NCBI GenBank assembly: GCA_964615235.1
Contig: CAZTMK010000010.1
Location: 2,118 to 66,117, forward strand
Length of the DNA stretch: 64,000 nucleotides
From: an uncultured Thermoplasmatales archaeon
Lineage (GTDB): Archaea; Thermoplasmatota; E2; DHVEG-1
Direction of reading: 5' to 3'
Position 1 is the first letter of the stretch, and each line of letters begins with the position of its first letter. The position numbers were made by a program, and so were the translations under genes. This document shows, in pieces, positions 18,603-27,308 of the stretch. The notes beneath the pieces were generated by a model. That model did no database searches. It saw only the letters and a program-made list of their open reading frames with translations, and had not been told where the DNA came from.

Positions 18603-18722
18603 ATGAGTGGCGTATGGCAATGTGAAGAATGTGGCGCATATTTTTCAGAACCAAAACAAGATAAAAATACAGTATTTAGATGTCCAGAATGCGATTCGAT
18701 AAAAATTAATATTACCAGTTAA
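18603..18722 (+). CDS. Mini zinc-ribbon protein, 39 aa; not in the ORF track
   Basis: MSGVWQCEECGAYFSEPKQDKNTVFRCPECDSIKINITS has two CxxC pairs. GGGAGG-like RBS (AAAGGGAGGTAACATT) directly upstream. Confidence 0.4.
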   Translation: MSGVWQCEECGAYFSEPKQDKNTVFRCPECDSIKINITS

Positions 18723-18803
18723 ATAAAATTCTCATTCATATTATCAACCTAAATTTCTAAAACGTAACAAACTCAAATTAAACGAACCCGAAATTTAAGA
18801 TAA

Positions 18804-19388
18804 TTAATCTATAACTCCGATATTTTTCAATTGGAAGAAACAATCTGCACAAGCTTCTGCATCAATCAAAGCATCATGAGCTTCTTGAATTTTTTTACCA
18901 AATAATTTGAAATATAACTCGGGGAGTTTTGGCCATTTGTATCTATCTGGAAAATTAGGATTTTTTAATTTGCAGTGATTGATCACCAAAGGTTCTTTCA
19001 TAGTGCAGAACCTAGGTATACCATTCAATAAATGCGGGATCTCTTTTCTTCGAAATTCGGCATCTACAACTCCTAAATCAAAATCAACGTTATGACCGAT
19101 GGCAACATTTGTTTTATCAAATGTTGAGGAAAATGCTTTCAAGGCTGCTTCCAACGGGACCCCTTTTTCAAAAGCTCTCTCCGTTGTTATACCATGTATA
19201 TCGACAACACTATCAGGAATCGTAAATCCTTCAGGTTTCACGATATGGCCGTCACGTAATATTTCTTTTCCTGAATCGTCATATAGCAACCACCCAATCT
19301 GAACCATCCTCGGCCAGTGTCTTAGGTCATACCTCGGAAAATTTAGATTCTCTATACCAGTTGTTTCAGTATCAAAAAATAAATACAT
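18804..19388 (-). CDS. DEDDh 3'-5' exonuclease (DnaQ-like), second copy in the island
   Basis: LFFDTETTGIEN, IGHNVDFDLGVV, HDALIDAEACADCF. Confidence 0.8.
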   Translation of the reverse strand: MYLFFDTETTGIENLNFPRYDLRHWPRMVQIGWLLYDDSGKEILRDGHIVKPEGFTIPDSVVDIHGITTERAFEKGVPLEAALKAFSSTFDKTNVAIGHNVDFDLGVVDAEFRRKEIPHLLNGIPRFCTMKEPLVINHCKLKNPNFPDRYKWPKLPELYFKLFGKKIQEAHDALIDAEACADCFFQLKNIGVID

Positions 19389-19810
19389 ACAAATGGTAAT
19401 AACTCTGCATATTTATGTTTTTCATTGTCTTTATATACAATCAATTTTGATTGTTTAAATAATGAAAATACAAAGGGCATTGGATCGATTTTTTATGCAA
19501 CAAAAATAACAAAAAATATGTTGATTTTATTTCAGCAATATTAAACGAGATAAGAGGGCAATTCATCTCTTTTTGCCAATTATTCAACGATTCTGATTAA
19601 TTTCTCGATCCATTGTAAAATAAACAGGTTTTTCAGTAATGAAAATAATATATTCCCAAGTAATGGTAGTTTGATGTCGAAAATGTATTAAATTCTCGAA
19701 TATTTAGACAAGTGTTAAAATAGGACATAAGAAGATTTACTGCGAGGTGATTTGTCCTGACAGGGGGAAGATAAACGAATAAATTTGATAAAAAATCATT
19801 AAATTGGATA

Positions 19811-21163
19811 TTGGAGCTTCAAAGAGGTACTAAAAAAACATTATTAAGAAGGGAAAGTAGTCAAATAGAATTTAAAAAAAATTTTAATTCAAACTCGTTA
19901 TGTGAATATGGTAAAATTTTATCCTCGATGGCCAATAACAAAGGTGGCTACATAGTTTTTGGAATAACCGAAAATAGACCACACGAGATTTGTGGCATGT
20001 CAAGTGATCAATTTGTAAAAATTGACCCAAGTAGAATTTCTAATTTGTTCGATGAACACTTTTCACCAAGATTGCGGTGGGATCAACATACCGAATTAAG
20101 AAATAGAGTGAAAATTGGTTTGATGCATGTAGAGCAATCTGTAACAAAACCCGTCATTTGTGTTAAAAGTGGAAACAGAGGTGAATATAAGCCAGGTGAA
20201 ATATACTATAGATACCCGGGTAAAACCACATTAATCAAACCATCAGAATTACAAACAATAATAGAGGAAAGAATAGAATCCATTAATCTAAAATGGAGAA
20301 ATCTTCTGGGAAACATTGCTAAAACTACACCGACAAAAACAGCTTTATTAAACACTGAATCTGGAAAGCTAATAGGGGATAAAAATATAATAGTTATTGA
20401 TAAAAACTTACTCTCTGAAATGAGATTCATTAAAGAAGGAGATTTTAAACAGGAAAATGGAAAGCCAGTTTATAAAATAGTTGGGGAAATTAAGGAAATT
20501 GGTGGCGCAACATTTATCGAAAAGGAAAAGAAAGTCCCTCATTTGATACACAAGACTGATATAATTGACTCCTTTTTAAACGAAAATTGTGATCATCCGA
20601 TAGTATATCTAAAACAGTTTCCTTATGAAAGTACAATTTATTTGCCAATATGGTACTTTATAAAAAAATCCGAACTTTCAATAGCTGAAGTGGAAAATAA
20701 ATGGAGCGAATTGGATGATGTAAATAATTTTGTTAGAAAACGATTAGTAAATAGATTAAAAAATGAGGATTTTGAAAAATTGAAGGTTGGTCGAATTGCG
20801 GAATTGGAGGGCGACATTTTTATAAAAGATTTAACCGAATATGACAATAAATATAAAGAGTGTAAGGATAAAAATTGGAATAAAGTTAAAAGTGATTTGG
20901 CGTTAGAAAGAAGCTTTCTTTTTGAGCTAATTAATAATAATTGTAGTAAGTATTTTGACAATAATTTAATAAAGAAAAAATATCGGTTGATTTTTGAAGC
21001 GATATCCCATCTCCAAATGGATAAAATTCAAACACAAAAAGAAGAATTAATAAGAATAATTAAACAGATGAGAGAAATTAAGATGTCTTCTCCTTATCTC
21101 TCAAATTTCAGAAAATCTATATGTTATGTTGATTGCATGTTGCATAGAAACGATGTTTGTTGA
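19811..21163 (+). CDS. AlbA_2 / Schlafen-like DNA-binding domain protein with a large uncharacterised C-terminal region
   Basis: N-terminus ESSQIEFKKNFNSNSL...ILSSMANNKGGYIVFGITEN matches the E-x-x-x-E-F-K ... AFAN-x-x-GG-x-hhhG pattern of AlbA_2 domains. TTG start. Confidence 0.5.
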   Translation: MELQRGTKKTLLRRESSQIEFKKNFNSNSLCEYGKILSSMANNKGGYIVFGITENRPHEICGMSSDQFVKIDPSRISNLFDEHFSPRLRWDQHTELRNRVKIGLMHVEQSVTKPVICVKSGNRGEYKPGEIYYRYPGKTTLIKPSELQTIIEERIESINLKWRNLLGNIAKTTPTKTALLNTESGKLIGDKNIIVIDKNLLSEMRFIKEGDFKQENGKPVYKIVGEIKEIGGATFIEKEKKVPHLIHKTDIIDSFLNENCDHPIVYLKQFPYESTIYLPIWYFIKKSELSIAEVENKWSELDDVNNFVRKRLVNRLKNEDFEKLKVGRIAELEGDIFIKDLTEYDNKYKECKDKNWNKVKSDLALERSFLFELINNNCSKYFDNNLIKKKYRLIFEAISHLQMDKIQTQKEELIRIIKQMREIKMSSPYLSNFRKSICYVDCMLHRNDVC

Positions 21164-21229
21164 TTAGATCGACCTACCAGCAATTACATATATGCCTTTT
21201 CAGATATAGTTTCAAGGAGGAAAATTAAA

Positions 21230-21787
21230 ATGGTCAATATTTGGAAAATTGGTGCATGGCCTGGAATTTTGGGTGAAAAATCTTCAAAGAACAAAGAAAA
21301 ATATATTCAGTATGCTTTAGATTTGAATTCTGTGGCGTTTGGATTCGGATACACCCCTGATTTCCGATCTCTTGACCGAGAAGAAATCTCCAACTATTTA
21401 AGAAGAAATCGTGAACCAGGAAACGAACCCGTGATAAGTAGAAAGACGAATGAGATATGGAATTTTTCTCGGATTGTCAAGGAAAATGATGTTTTTCTTC
21501 TTTATCATAGGTACAAGGCTTATGTAGGAATAGCAAAAAAGAACGACAACGGTGAATTGTATTATTACGTAGATAAAAACTCAAAACTTAATGTTATTGA
21601 TCCTACAAGTGAAAATAATGCCCCTCACAGAATCAATGTTGCCTGGGAAAATGGAAAGGAACCATTTGACAATGTTAACTTCAGTATGTGGAGAGATACG
21701 CTTCATCAAGTAACAAAGGATGATATGACCAAAATTAAAAATGATAAATTAAAAAAATATTTGTTGGAAAAATTAAAAGAAGATTAA
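21230..21787 (+). CDS. Hypothetical protein (185 aa)
   Basis: ORF with GGAGG-type RBS (CAAGGAGGAAAATTAAA ATG). The N-terminus MVNIWKIGAWPG...VAFGFGY is faintly reminiscent of PUA/EVE-like or Mrr-N-like modules. Not supported beyond that. Confidence 0.45.
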   Translation: MVNIWKIGAWPGILGEKSSKNKEKYIQYALDLNSVAFGFGYTPDFRSLDREEISNYLRRNREPGNEPVISRKTNEIWNFSRIVKENDVFLLYHRYKAYVGIAKKNDNGELYYYVDKNSKLNVIDPTSENNAPHRINVAWENGKEPFDNVNFSMWRDTLHQVTKDDMTKIKNDKLKKYLLEKLKED

Positions 21788-21928
21788 ACACCACTCACCA
21801 CTTCGAAATTCCTTGAATTTGATTTTTAAGTCAAAATGTAATTTTTGGGCAAGCTTATAATATAGCGGTAGTAACATATTAAATGCATCATGCTATGATA
21901 AACCAGAGCCGATTTCTCCTTAAACTAA

Positions 21929-22384
21929 TCATTTATTTCTGCTAGAAATATCTTCAATATCCTCCCACTTTATGATTGTTACTTCACCATCTTGAAATAT
22001 GATGAAAGTGTAGATTTCATCATTGATTTCAGCAGTTACTTTGCAATAATTACTTTGTTTTTGCAAAAACTTATCAAAATCCTCGAAACGAATATCTGTT
22101 ATTCGATCTGATCCAAGATATTCGGCTGCTTTTGATCTTACTAATGTTTTGATTTTATTAAGGTTCCATTTACGGATTTCTGATCGGCGTTCTAAAGATA
22201 TAATGAGACTTACTATTCCGACAATGAATGATCCTATGGTAGCAAAATCAACAACCTCGAGATGCTGATCTACATTATCTTCAAATGATGAAAATAAAAC
22301 ATTAACGTCTAATTCAGAAGAAATATCAGAAATGTGCTTTCGAGTTAGAGTACCAAGTGGTACTTCAATACTAATTGTTTTCAT
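21929..22384 (-). CDS. Small protein with one central transmembrane helix (hypothetical)
   Basis: 151 aa; hydrophobic IGSFIVGIVSLIISL flanked by charged residues. 35 nt downstream of the 508-aa ORF on the same strand. Confidence 0.5.
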   Translation of the reverse strand: MKTISIEVPLGTLTRKHISDISSELDVNVLFSSFEDNVDQHLEVVDFATIGSFIVGIVSLIISLERRSEIRKWNLNKIKTLVRSKAAEYLGSDRITDIRFEDFDKFLQKQSNYCKVTAEINDEIYTFIIFQDGEVTIIKWEDIEDISSRNK

Positions 22385-22419
22385 GTTTTACCTCTTTTAT
22401 ATTTTATCAATTTAATTAA

Positions 22420-23946
22420 TTAAAATGCTTCGGAGGTTATTAATCCAAAGACTCCTAATAACATTGAAGAATCGAAAGATAATCCATTGAGATTAAATTC
22501 CTTTATTAACTGGTGTATTGAATCCTTCGTATCCCATGAGATAGGATAAATATCAATATGATCTCGTTTTTTAAATTTGATAATTAAGAATACGGAATTG
22601 GATACCATCATTTCAACTAATTTTACCCCTTTAATCTCTTCATGATTTGATATTATTTGTTTTACTAAAAAGCTAATCGGTTGTCCCCAGTGAATGTTCC
22701 AAATGTTAATTGGGATGATCGATTTTTGATTTACTATATGTTTTAGAATACATTCTGAACTCTCTGATTGCGTAATAATTAATCTGGGATGATTCAGGTT
22801 TGATAACCAAAAATCATTTTGTTCTGGGCTAAATATTGTAAATAATCGATTCTCGAATATATCGTATCTTTCAGCCTCTAAATTTGGCTTAACAAAGCTA
22901 AAACGAATATATGTATCTCCAGGATTTAAAATCCTGTTATACTTATGAGAAAAAACATGATTTTTCTCTTTATTACGATGTAGAATTGCCAAACAGTAGA
23001 ATTGATCATTCGAGTTAAGTATTTCCAATACCGCTTTTGGATTATTACAGTAATATAGATTTGATACATTTGGTGCTGCTGGTTGTACTATAACTTTCTG
23101 TGTAGAGTCCAAATAACCTACATTTGTTATCTTGACTCTGCAACTTTCTGGCATTCCTAATGCTAAAATTTGTTCGTTCCATGATTTAGCAAGGGAAACG
23201 CTTTGTGGAACTTTTATACGAGGAACAGATTCTAGATCAGGTACAAGTTGTTTAAAGAGTTTATCGGTGATTTCTGCCTCATCACGCTGATTTATCTCTT
23301 CATTATTACCTCTTGACCAAAGTCGTGACACATTTTCGTCCCATTCAATGATTATTGTATAATCTTTCCCATATAAAAGAGCCTTTTCTAAACGGGTGAA
23401 TCTCGACTCAATAAGTTGCTCCGTTACAATTCTTGTTTTAGTTTGTAGTTGTGATAAATCACTTATGTAGTCATAAAGTGGAAGATTTAAACAGTATATT
23501 CCTACATGTATTGCTAATGAATCTTTTGATGGATCTGGTATTGGAAGGTTATCATAGTTGTTTAACCAAAATCTGAACAAATCTAGGTAATTCTTTGTGA
23601 GATCAGATTCAAATTTCTCTCTCGTAATTTTATTGTTGCGTCTGATAGCTCGTTTATAAGATACATAACAAATGAGTCCTTCGAGTCGTTTAATTTGAGC
23701 ATCGTTCCATTCGTGTGCTAATAATCTAGCATTCCGTGCTAATTTTCCAGGACATTTCTCAGCAAGTTGTGATAAAAGTACAATACCATTCCCTATAGTT
23801 GTCAAACTGTTGAAAAGATGGTGAAGTGCTTCATGTTGCTGTGCTACAACAGAAGCAAATTTTGACAACCTGGAGGTTGGTAACCATCCAGGTCTCGTCA
23901 AACCTGATGGATGTTGTAATGGTTGGTATTTCCTTATATTATTCAT
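22420..23946 (-). CDS. Hypothetical protein, 508 aa, no recognisable motif
   Basis: Long uninterrupted ORF in AT-rich DNA. I could see no P-loop, nuclease, protease or HTH signature. Confidence 0.6.
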   Translation of the reverse strand: MNNIRKYQPLQHPSGLTRPGWLPTSRLSKFASVVAQQHEALHHLFNSLTTIGNGIVLLSQLAEKCPGKLARNARLLAHEWNDAQIKRLEGLICYVSYKRAIRRNNKITREKFESDLTKNYLDLFRFWLNNYDNLPIPDPSKDSLAIHVGIYCLNLPLYDYISDLSQLQTKTRIVTEQLIESRFTRLEKALLYGKDYTIIIEWDENVSRLWSRGNNEEINQRDEAEITDKLFKQLVPDLESVPRIKVPQSVSLAKSWNEQILALGMPESCRVKITNVGYLDSTQKVIVQPAAPNVSNLYYCNNPKAVLEILNSNDQFYCLAILHRNKEKNHVFSHKYNRILNPGDTYIRFSFVKPNLEAERYDIFENRLFTIFSPEQNDFWLSNLNHPRLIITQSESSECILKHIVNQKSIIPINIWNIHWGQPISFLVKQIISNHEEIKGVKLVEMMVSNSVFLIIKFKKRDHIDIYPISWDTKDSIHQLIKEFNLNGLSFDSSMLLGVFGLITSEAF

Positions 23947-24071
23947 TTAATTCATCTTAACCATAATTCCTTCTAATGATATAAGCCAAAACCGATTTCC
24001 AATCATTATTAAAATGAGTGGAAAGGATTTGACTCAAAAGTTTTAATCCTAAATGTGATATCTTATTGTGT

Positions 24072-24611
24072 CTAATCTCCATAATAGTGGGATCTAACTT
24101 TTCTTTGCCAATTTAAAATCGCTTCTCTTAATGCTTTTTTATCGGACTCAGAAAATTCACCGATGGGGATTTTATGAATAAAAACATCAGTAATTCCCTT
24201 GTCAAATACACCTCCCGTTATTTTTTCTTCCTTGAAAATCATTATTGGTATTCCTAATGAGAATAATATACCAGTTTCAATATTATTCCATGGAGTTGGA
24301 AAAGAAATATCTCCATTTTGCATATATTCCTCCTTAGAACCTCTTTTCCATATACCATTATTTGTAAAAAATTGCTCAAATCCTAAAATTACTCCGCCTG
24401 AGCAATGTTTTGCTATTACAAGCACCTCTTTTAAAGGAAAGTCTGATGGATAATCTGTTTTTCCTAGAGCTCTTGGTTCGAATCCTAAATCATCAAGTTC
24501 ATTAATAATTATTTTTTTCGCTTTCTCTTGTTCCTTATTAAGTATTGATGGACAAGATACAAAAACTGGAATTTTCATATTTTTCTCCATTTTAATAATT
24601 AATATATGCAA
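24072..24611 (-). CDS. TIR-like / nucleoside 2-deoxyribosyltransferase-like Rossmannoid domain protein
   Basis: Likely start at 24578 (MKIPVFVSCPS) or 24590. Contains GGVILGFEQFF and the C-terminal PTPWNNIETGILFSLGIPIMIF (E-x-G...G-x-P, as in NDT-like folds). Size is similar to stand-alone TIR proteins. Confidence 0.4.
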   Translation of the reverse strand: MHILIIKMEKNMKIPVFVSCPSILNKEQEKAKKIIINELDDLGFEPRALGKTDYPSDFPLKEVLVIAKHCSGGVILGFEQFFTNNGIWKRGSKEEYMQNGDISFPTPWNNIETGILFSLGIPIMIFKEEKITGGVFDKGITDVFIHKIPIGEFSESDKKALREAILNWQRKVRSHYYGD

Positions 24612-24653
24612 TTTTTTTATTAGATCATCACATTTTTTATTAATTATATAATT

Positions 24654-25382
24654 TTATATCGCCTTATTAGTATGCATTAATGCATTCTCTAATGAATTAT
24701 ATATTTCATCATAAGTTCGTACTGTTATTCTATTAATAAATGATGTAAAAATTTTAATCTTTTTTTTCTCATTATTATTTAACTTATTATCGATCAGAAG
24801 AATTCCATTTGTTTTGTTCATATCTATATTATGCGCTGATAAAATGTAGTCATAATGCTTATCACAATAATCAATATAGTCAATCAATTGAAATAATCCA
24901 TTAATAAAAAATTGATTAAATTGAAGATTCTTTGTTTTCTTATTGAACATATGGTCATGAGGTCCTTTTATTTCTAAAATATCATATCCACCATTTACTT
25001 TTTCTAATAAATAATCTAAGATTCTTTGTTCGCCAATTCTTTTTTGTGTTTCAATTTTCCTGTATGAATAACTGATAGACCAAGGATATTTTTGAAAATA
25101 TTCCTTCATATCGTTTTCATTGGTGTCTTTGTTCTCAATTAGATTTTTTAAAGAATTTAACGCTGATACATCTCGAGTTGGTGTTTTGTTAGATATTTTA
25201 GTAAATTCTTTCGAATATATTGAATTTAAAAAATCTAATCTAGTATTTTCATTAGAAAAAATTCTTTCGGTAGTTTTAACTAAATCCAAATCTTCATTCT
25301 CTACTAAATATCTAATGATTATTTCTTTTGATTTTGGATCATTTAAATTACTTTTAAATTGCTTAAGGAGGTTATCTTCCAA
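24654..25382 (-). CDS. DUF4263 (Shedu SduA-like) PD-(D/E)xK nuclease domain protein, short form
   Basis: EQRILDYLLEKVNGGYDILEIKGPHDHMF (D...E-x-K), then GILLIDNKLNNNEKKKIKIFTSFINRITVRTYDEIY, resembling the DUF4263 C-terminal block (hIhGr...n-h-x-h-x-TYD). TTG start. Confidence 0.5.
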   Translation of the reverse strand: MEDNLLKQFKSNLNDPKSKEIIIRYLVENEDLDLVKTTERIFSNENTRLDFLNSIYSKEFTKISNKTPTRDVSALNSLKNLIENKDTNENDMKEYFQKYPWSISYSYRKIETQKRIGEQRILDYLLEKVNGGYDILEIKGPHDHMFNKKTKNLQFNQFFINGLFQLIDYIDYCDKHYDYILSAHNIDMNKTNGILLIDNKLNNNEKKKIKIFTSFINRITVRTYDEIYNSLENALMHTNKAI

Positions 25383-25515
25383 ATCTTTTCCTCCTTTCCT
25401 CTTCCTCTTTTGCTTTTTTTAAAGCTTTTATAAGAGCAGCAAGACCTAATCCAGCTGCTGCTCCTAAAGCTGCTGCTCCAAGAAGTTCTAATAAGTCATC
25501 TATTTCATCACTCAT
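25372..25515 (-). CDS. Possible 47-aa Gly/Ala-rich single-helix peptide; not in the ORF track
   Basis: MSDEIDDLLELLGAAALGAAAGLGLAALIKALKKAKEEEERRKRFGR. Its end overlaps the TTG start of the DUF4263-like ORF by 11 nt, in another frame. Confidence 0.25.
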   Translation of the reverse strand: MSDEIDDLLELLGAAALGAAAGLGLAALIKALKKAKEEEERRKRFGR

Positions 25516-25640
25516 GATTTCCTCTTTTGTTTAATTATGTCTATTTTTCATTAAATCATCAATAATTCTTATTACTTTAGGATTTGTGGTACTGTAAAGC
25601 ATGGCGTTGTCAAATTAGGGTTGTAACTTCTGGGTTGGTA

Positions 25641-26072
25641 TCAGAAAGTTATTGAATATTTTCTAACTCGTTCTTTTGTTATATGTACCTGTTTATATTT
25701 ATTAGGAGTCAAATCACTTGATGGAATTTTAAGTAATTTTTTAATCTCCCAGTTATCATCAAACTCAATATAGATGATAAAATCAGAGGTTTCTAACTGT
25801 TTCTTTGTAACACGAAATAGATTTGGAGTATGCCAACTTGTTTCTTTTCTTGCTTTTATTTCATATTTTACTCCATCAGAATCAATAGCATCAAATCCTT
25901 TTTGGACTTTGCTATCTGAACGGTTGAGATTCAATAACTTACAAACTACATATTCGCCATAATCGGAAACTACTTTACTTGTTCGTATTACACCAGTTTT
26001 ATGTAAATCATTTAAAAGATTTCTGTATCGTATTAGTAATTCTTTTACCTTTAATTCATCAATTTCAGACAC
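25641..26072 (-). CDS. Small PD-(D/E)xK restriction-endonuclease-like protein
   Basis: 143 aa; GEYVVCKLLNL...KGFDAIDSDGVKYEIKARK fits D...E-x-K with the preceding helix. Confidence 0.4.
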   Translation of the reverse strand: MSEIDELKVKELLIRYRNLLNDLHKTGVIRTSKVVSDYGEYVVCKLLNLNRSDSKVQKGFDAIDSDGVKYEIKARKETSWHTPNLFRVTKKQLETSDFIIYIEFDDNWEIKKLLKIPSSDLTPNKYKQVHITKERVRKYSITF

Positions 26073-26267
26073 ATTTGGTTAATAAAAGCATACAATATAT
26101 AATTTGTCAATTTAGAGAGTTTTATCATAAAATTTTTTTACTTTGATGTCAGTCAACCCATATCTTAATCGTAGGCATTCTCTTACCCATGGATTTGCCT
26201 CAGGATCATTAATTATATCTATTGATTCTGTTGCGTATATGGTTGTTAAAGTTGGTTGGCACTTTCA

Positions 26268-26774
26268 CTATGGATGAGTTTTTATTATATCCCTTTTCAA
26301 ATTATCATATTCCTCTTTTGAAATTGCACCGCTATCCAATAAAGATTTTAATTTTGAGATTTCGTCTGCTTTTGAAACGTTATTTTTTTGTGAACTTTCA
26401 TTTCCTTGTTTTTTAATTTCATCAATTTTGTTTTCAATAAATGCCTTAACCTTTAACACCTCTTTGTTTAGTTTTCTTGCAGCGCCTATTGTGGGTTTAC
26501 CAAATGTGAACCTGTTCTCATTAGTTACGCCGCTGATCGGTCCCCCGCCTCTATCATTAGAACCTGGAAATGTGAATTCCATATAACCGGCAGTCCATCC
26601 CGCCTCCTTAAATTGTATTGAAGTAATATCTCTAAAATAGATTGTCTTATATCCAGCCAAACCTCTTGATAATATCCCAATGACCCCTTCTTGCGTCAAG
26701 ACCACTCTATCATCATAAACTTTCAGTACTCTTCCATCTGCACTTTTAATCTTATACAAAGCTTCAGTATTCAT
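26268..26774 (-). CDS. Bacterial-PH-like (DUF4429/YokE-like) domain protein with C-terminal SHOCT motif
   Basis: The C-terminus ADEISKLKSLLDSGAISKEEYDNLKRDII is a typical SHOCT sequence. The N-terminal pattern LKVYDDRVVLTQEG...IYFRDITSIQFKEAG...GYMEFTF is PH-like. Confidence 0.55.
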   Translation of the reverse strand: MNTEALYKIKSADGRVLKVYDDRVVLTQEGVIGILSRGLAGYKTIYFRDITSIQFKEAGWTAGYMEFTFPGSNDRGGGPISGVTNENRFTFGKPTIGAARKLNKEVLKVKAFIENKIDEIKKQGNESSQKNNVSKADEISKLKSLLDSGAISKEEYDNLKRDIIKTHP

Positions 26775-27308
26775 CTTAGATCATCCTCACCAAGTGACTG
26801 TTTATAGCCCAATATAATTCAATATTTCCAATATTTAAAGGCATATTTTTCCTCCTTCATATTAAAAGTTTTAACATATAATAGGATTCCATTCATATTT
26901 TTTATTCTTATCATTATTGTAATTATTTGTGTACGCTCTAGTAGCCGCTTTTGATATAACTATTATATCATCGCTTTAGTCATAGTAACTTTTTCGTTTT
27001 CTATATTAGCTAAAATACCCGACGTATATAAGAAATATAAGCGAAAATAAGCAATTAAAATAATTTACATAAGATAAAACAATTTTTTTTATAAATTCTT
27101 TTTTTAATGTAAAGTTGTTATTTTCTTTTTGATATGCGAGTGATAATAAAAATAAAAAATCTTAGAAACTCAGCTTTTTTCCCATTGGAAACCCCAATCA
27201 TATGCTCACTATAAAAAATTCAACATCTACCGCCTCCTTCATAAAAAAGCATGGCAAAATCAGCCTCTTTTAGTTGCCTATTTATATCACATCTTTTAAT
27301 TTTTTTAA

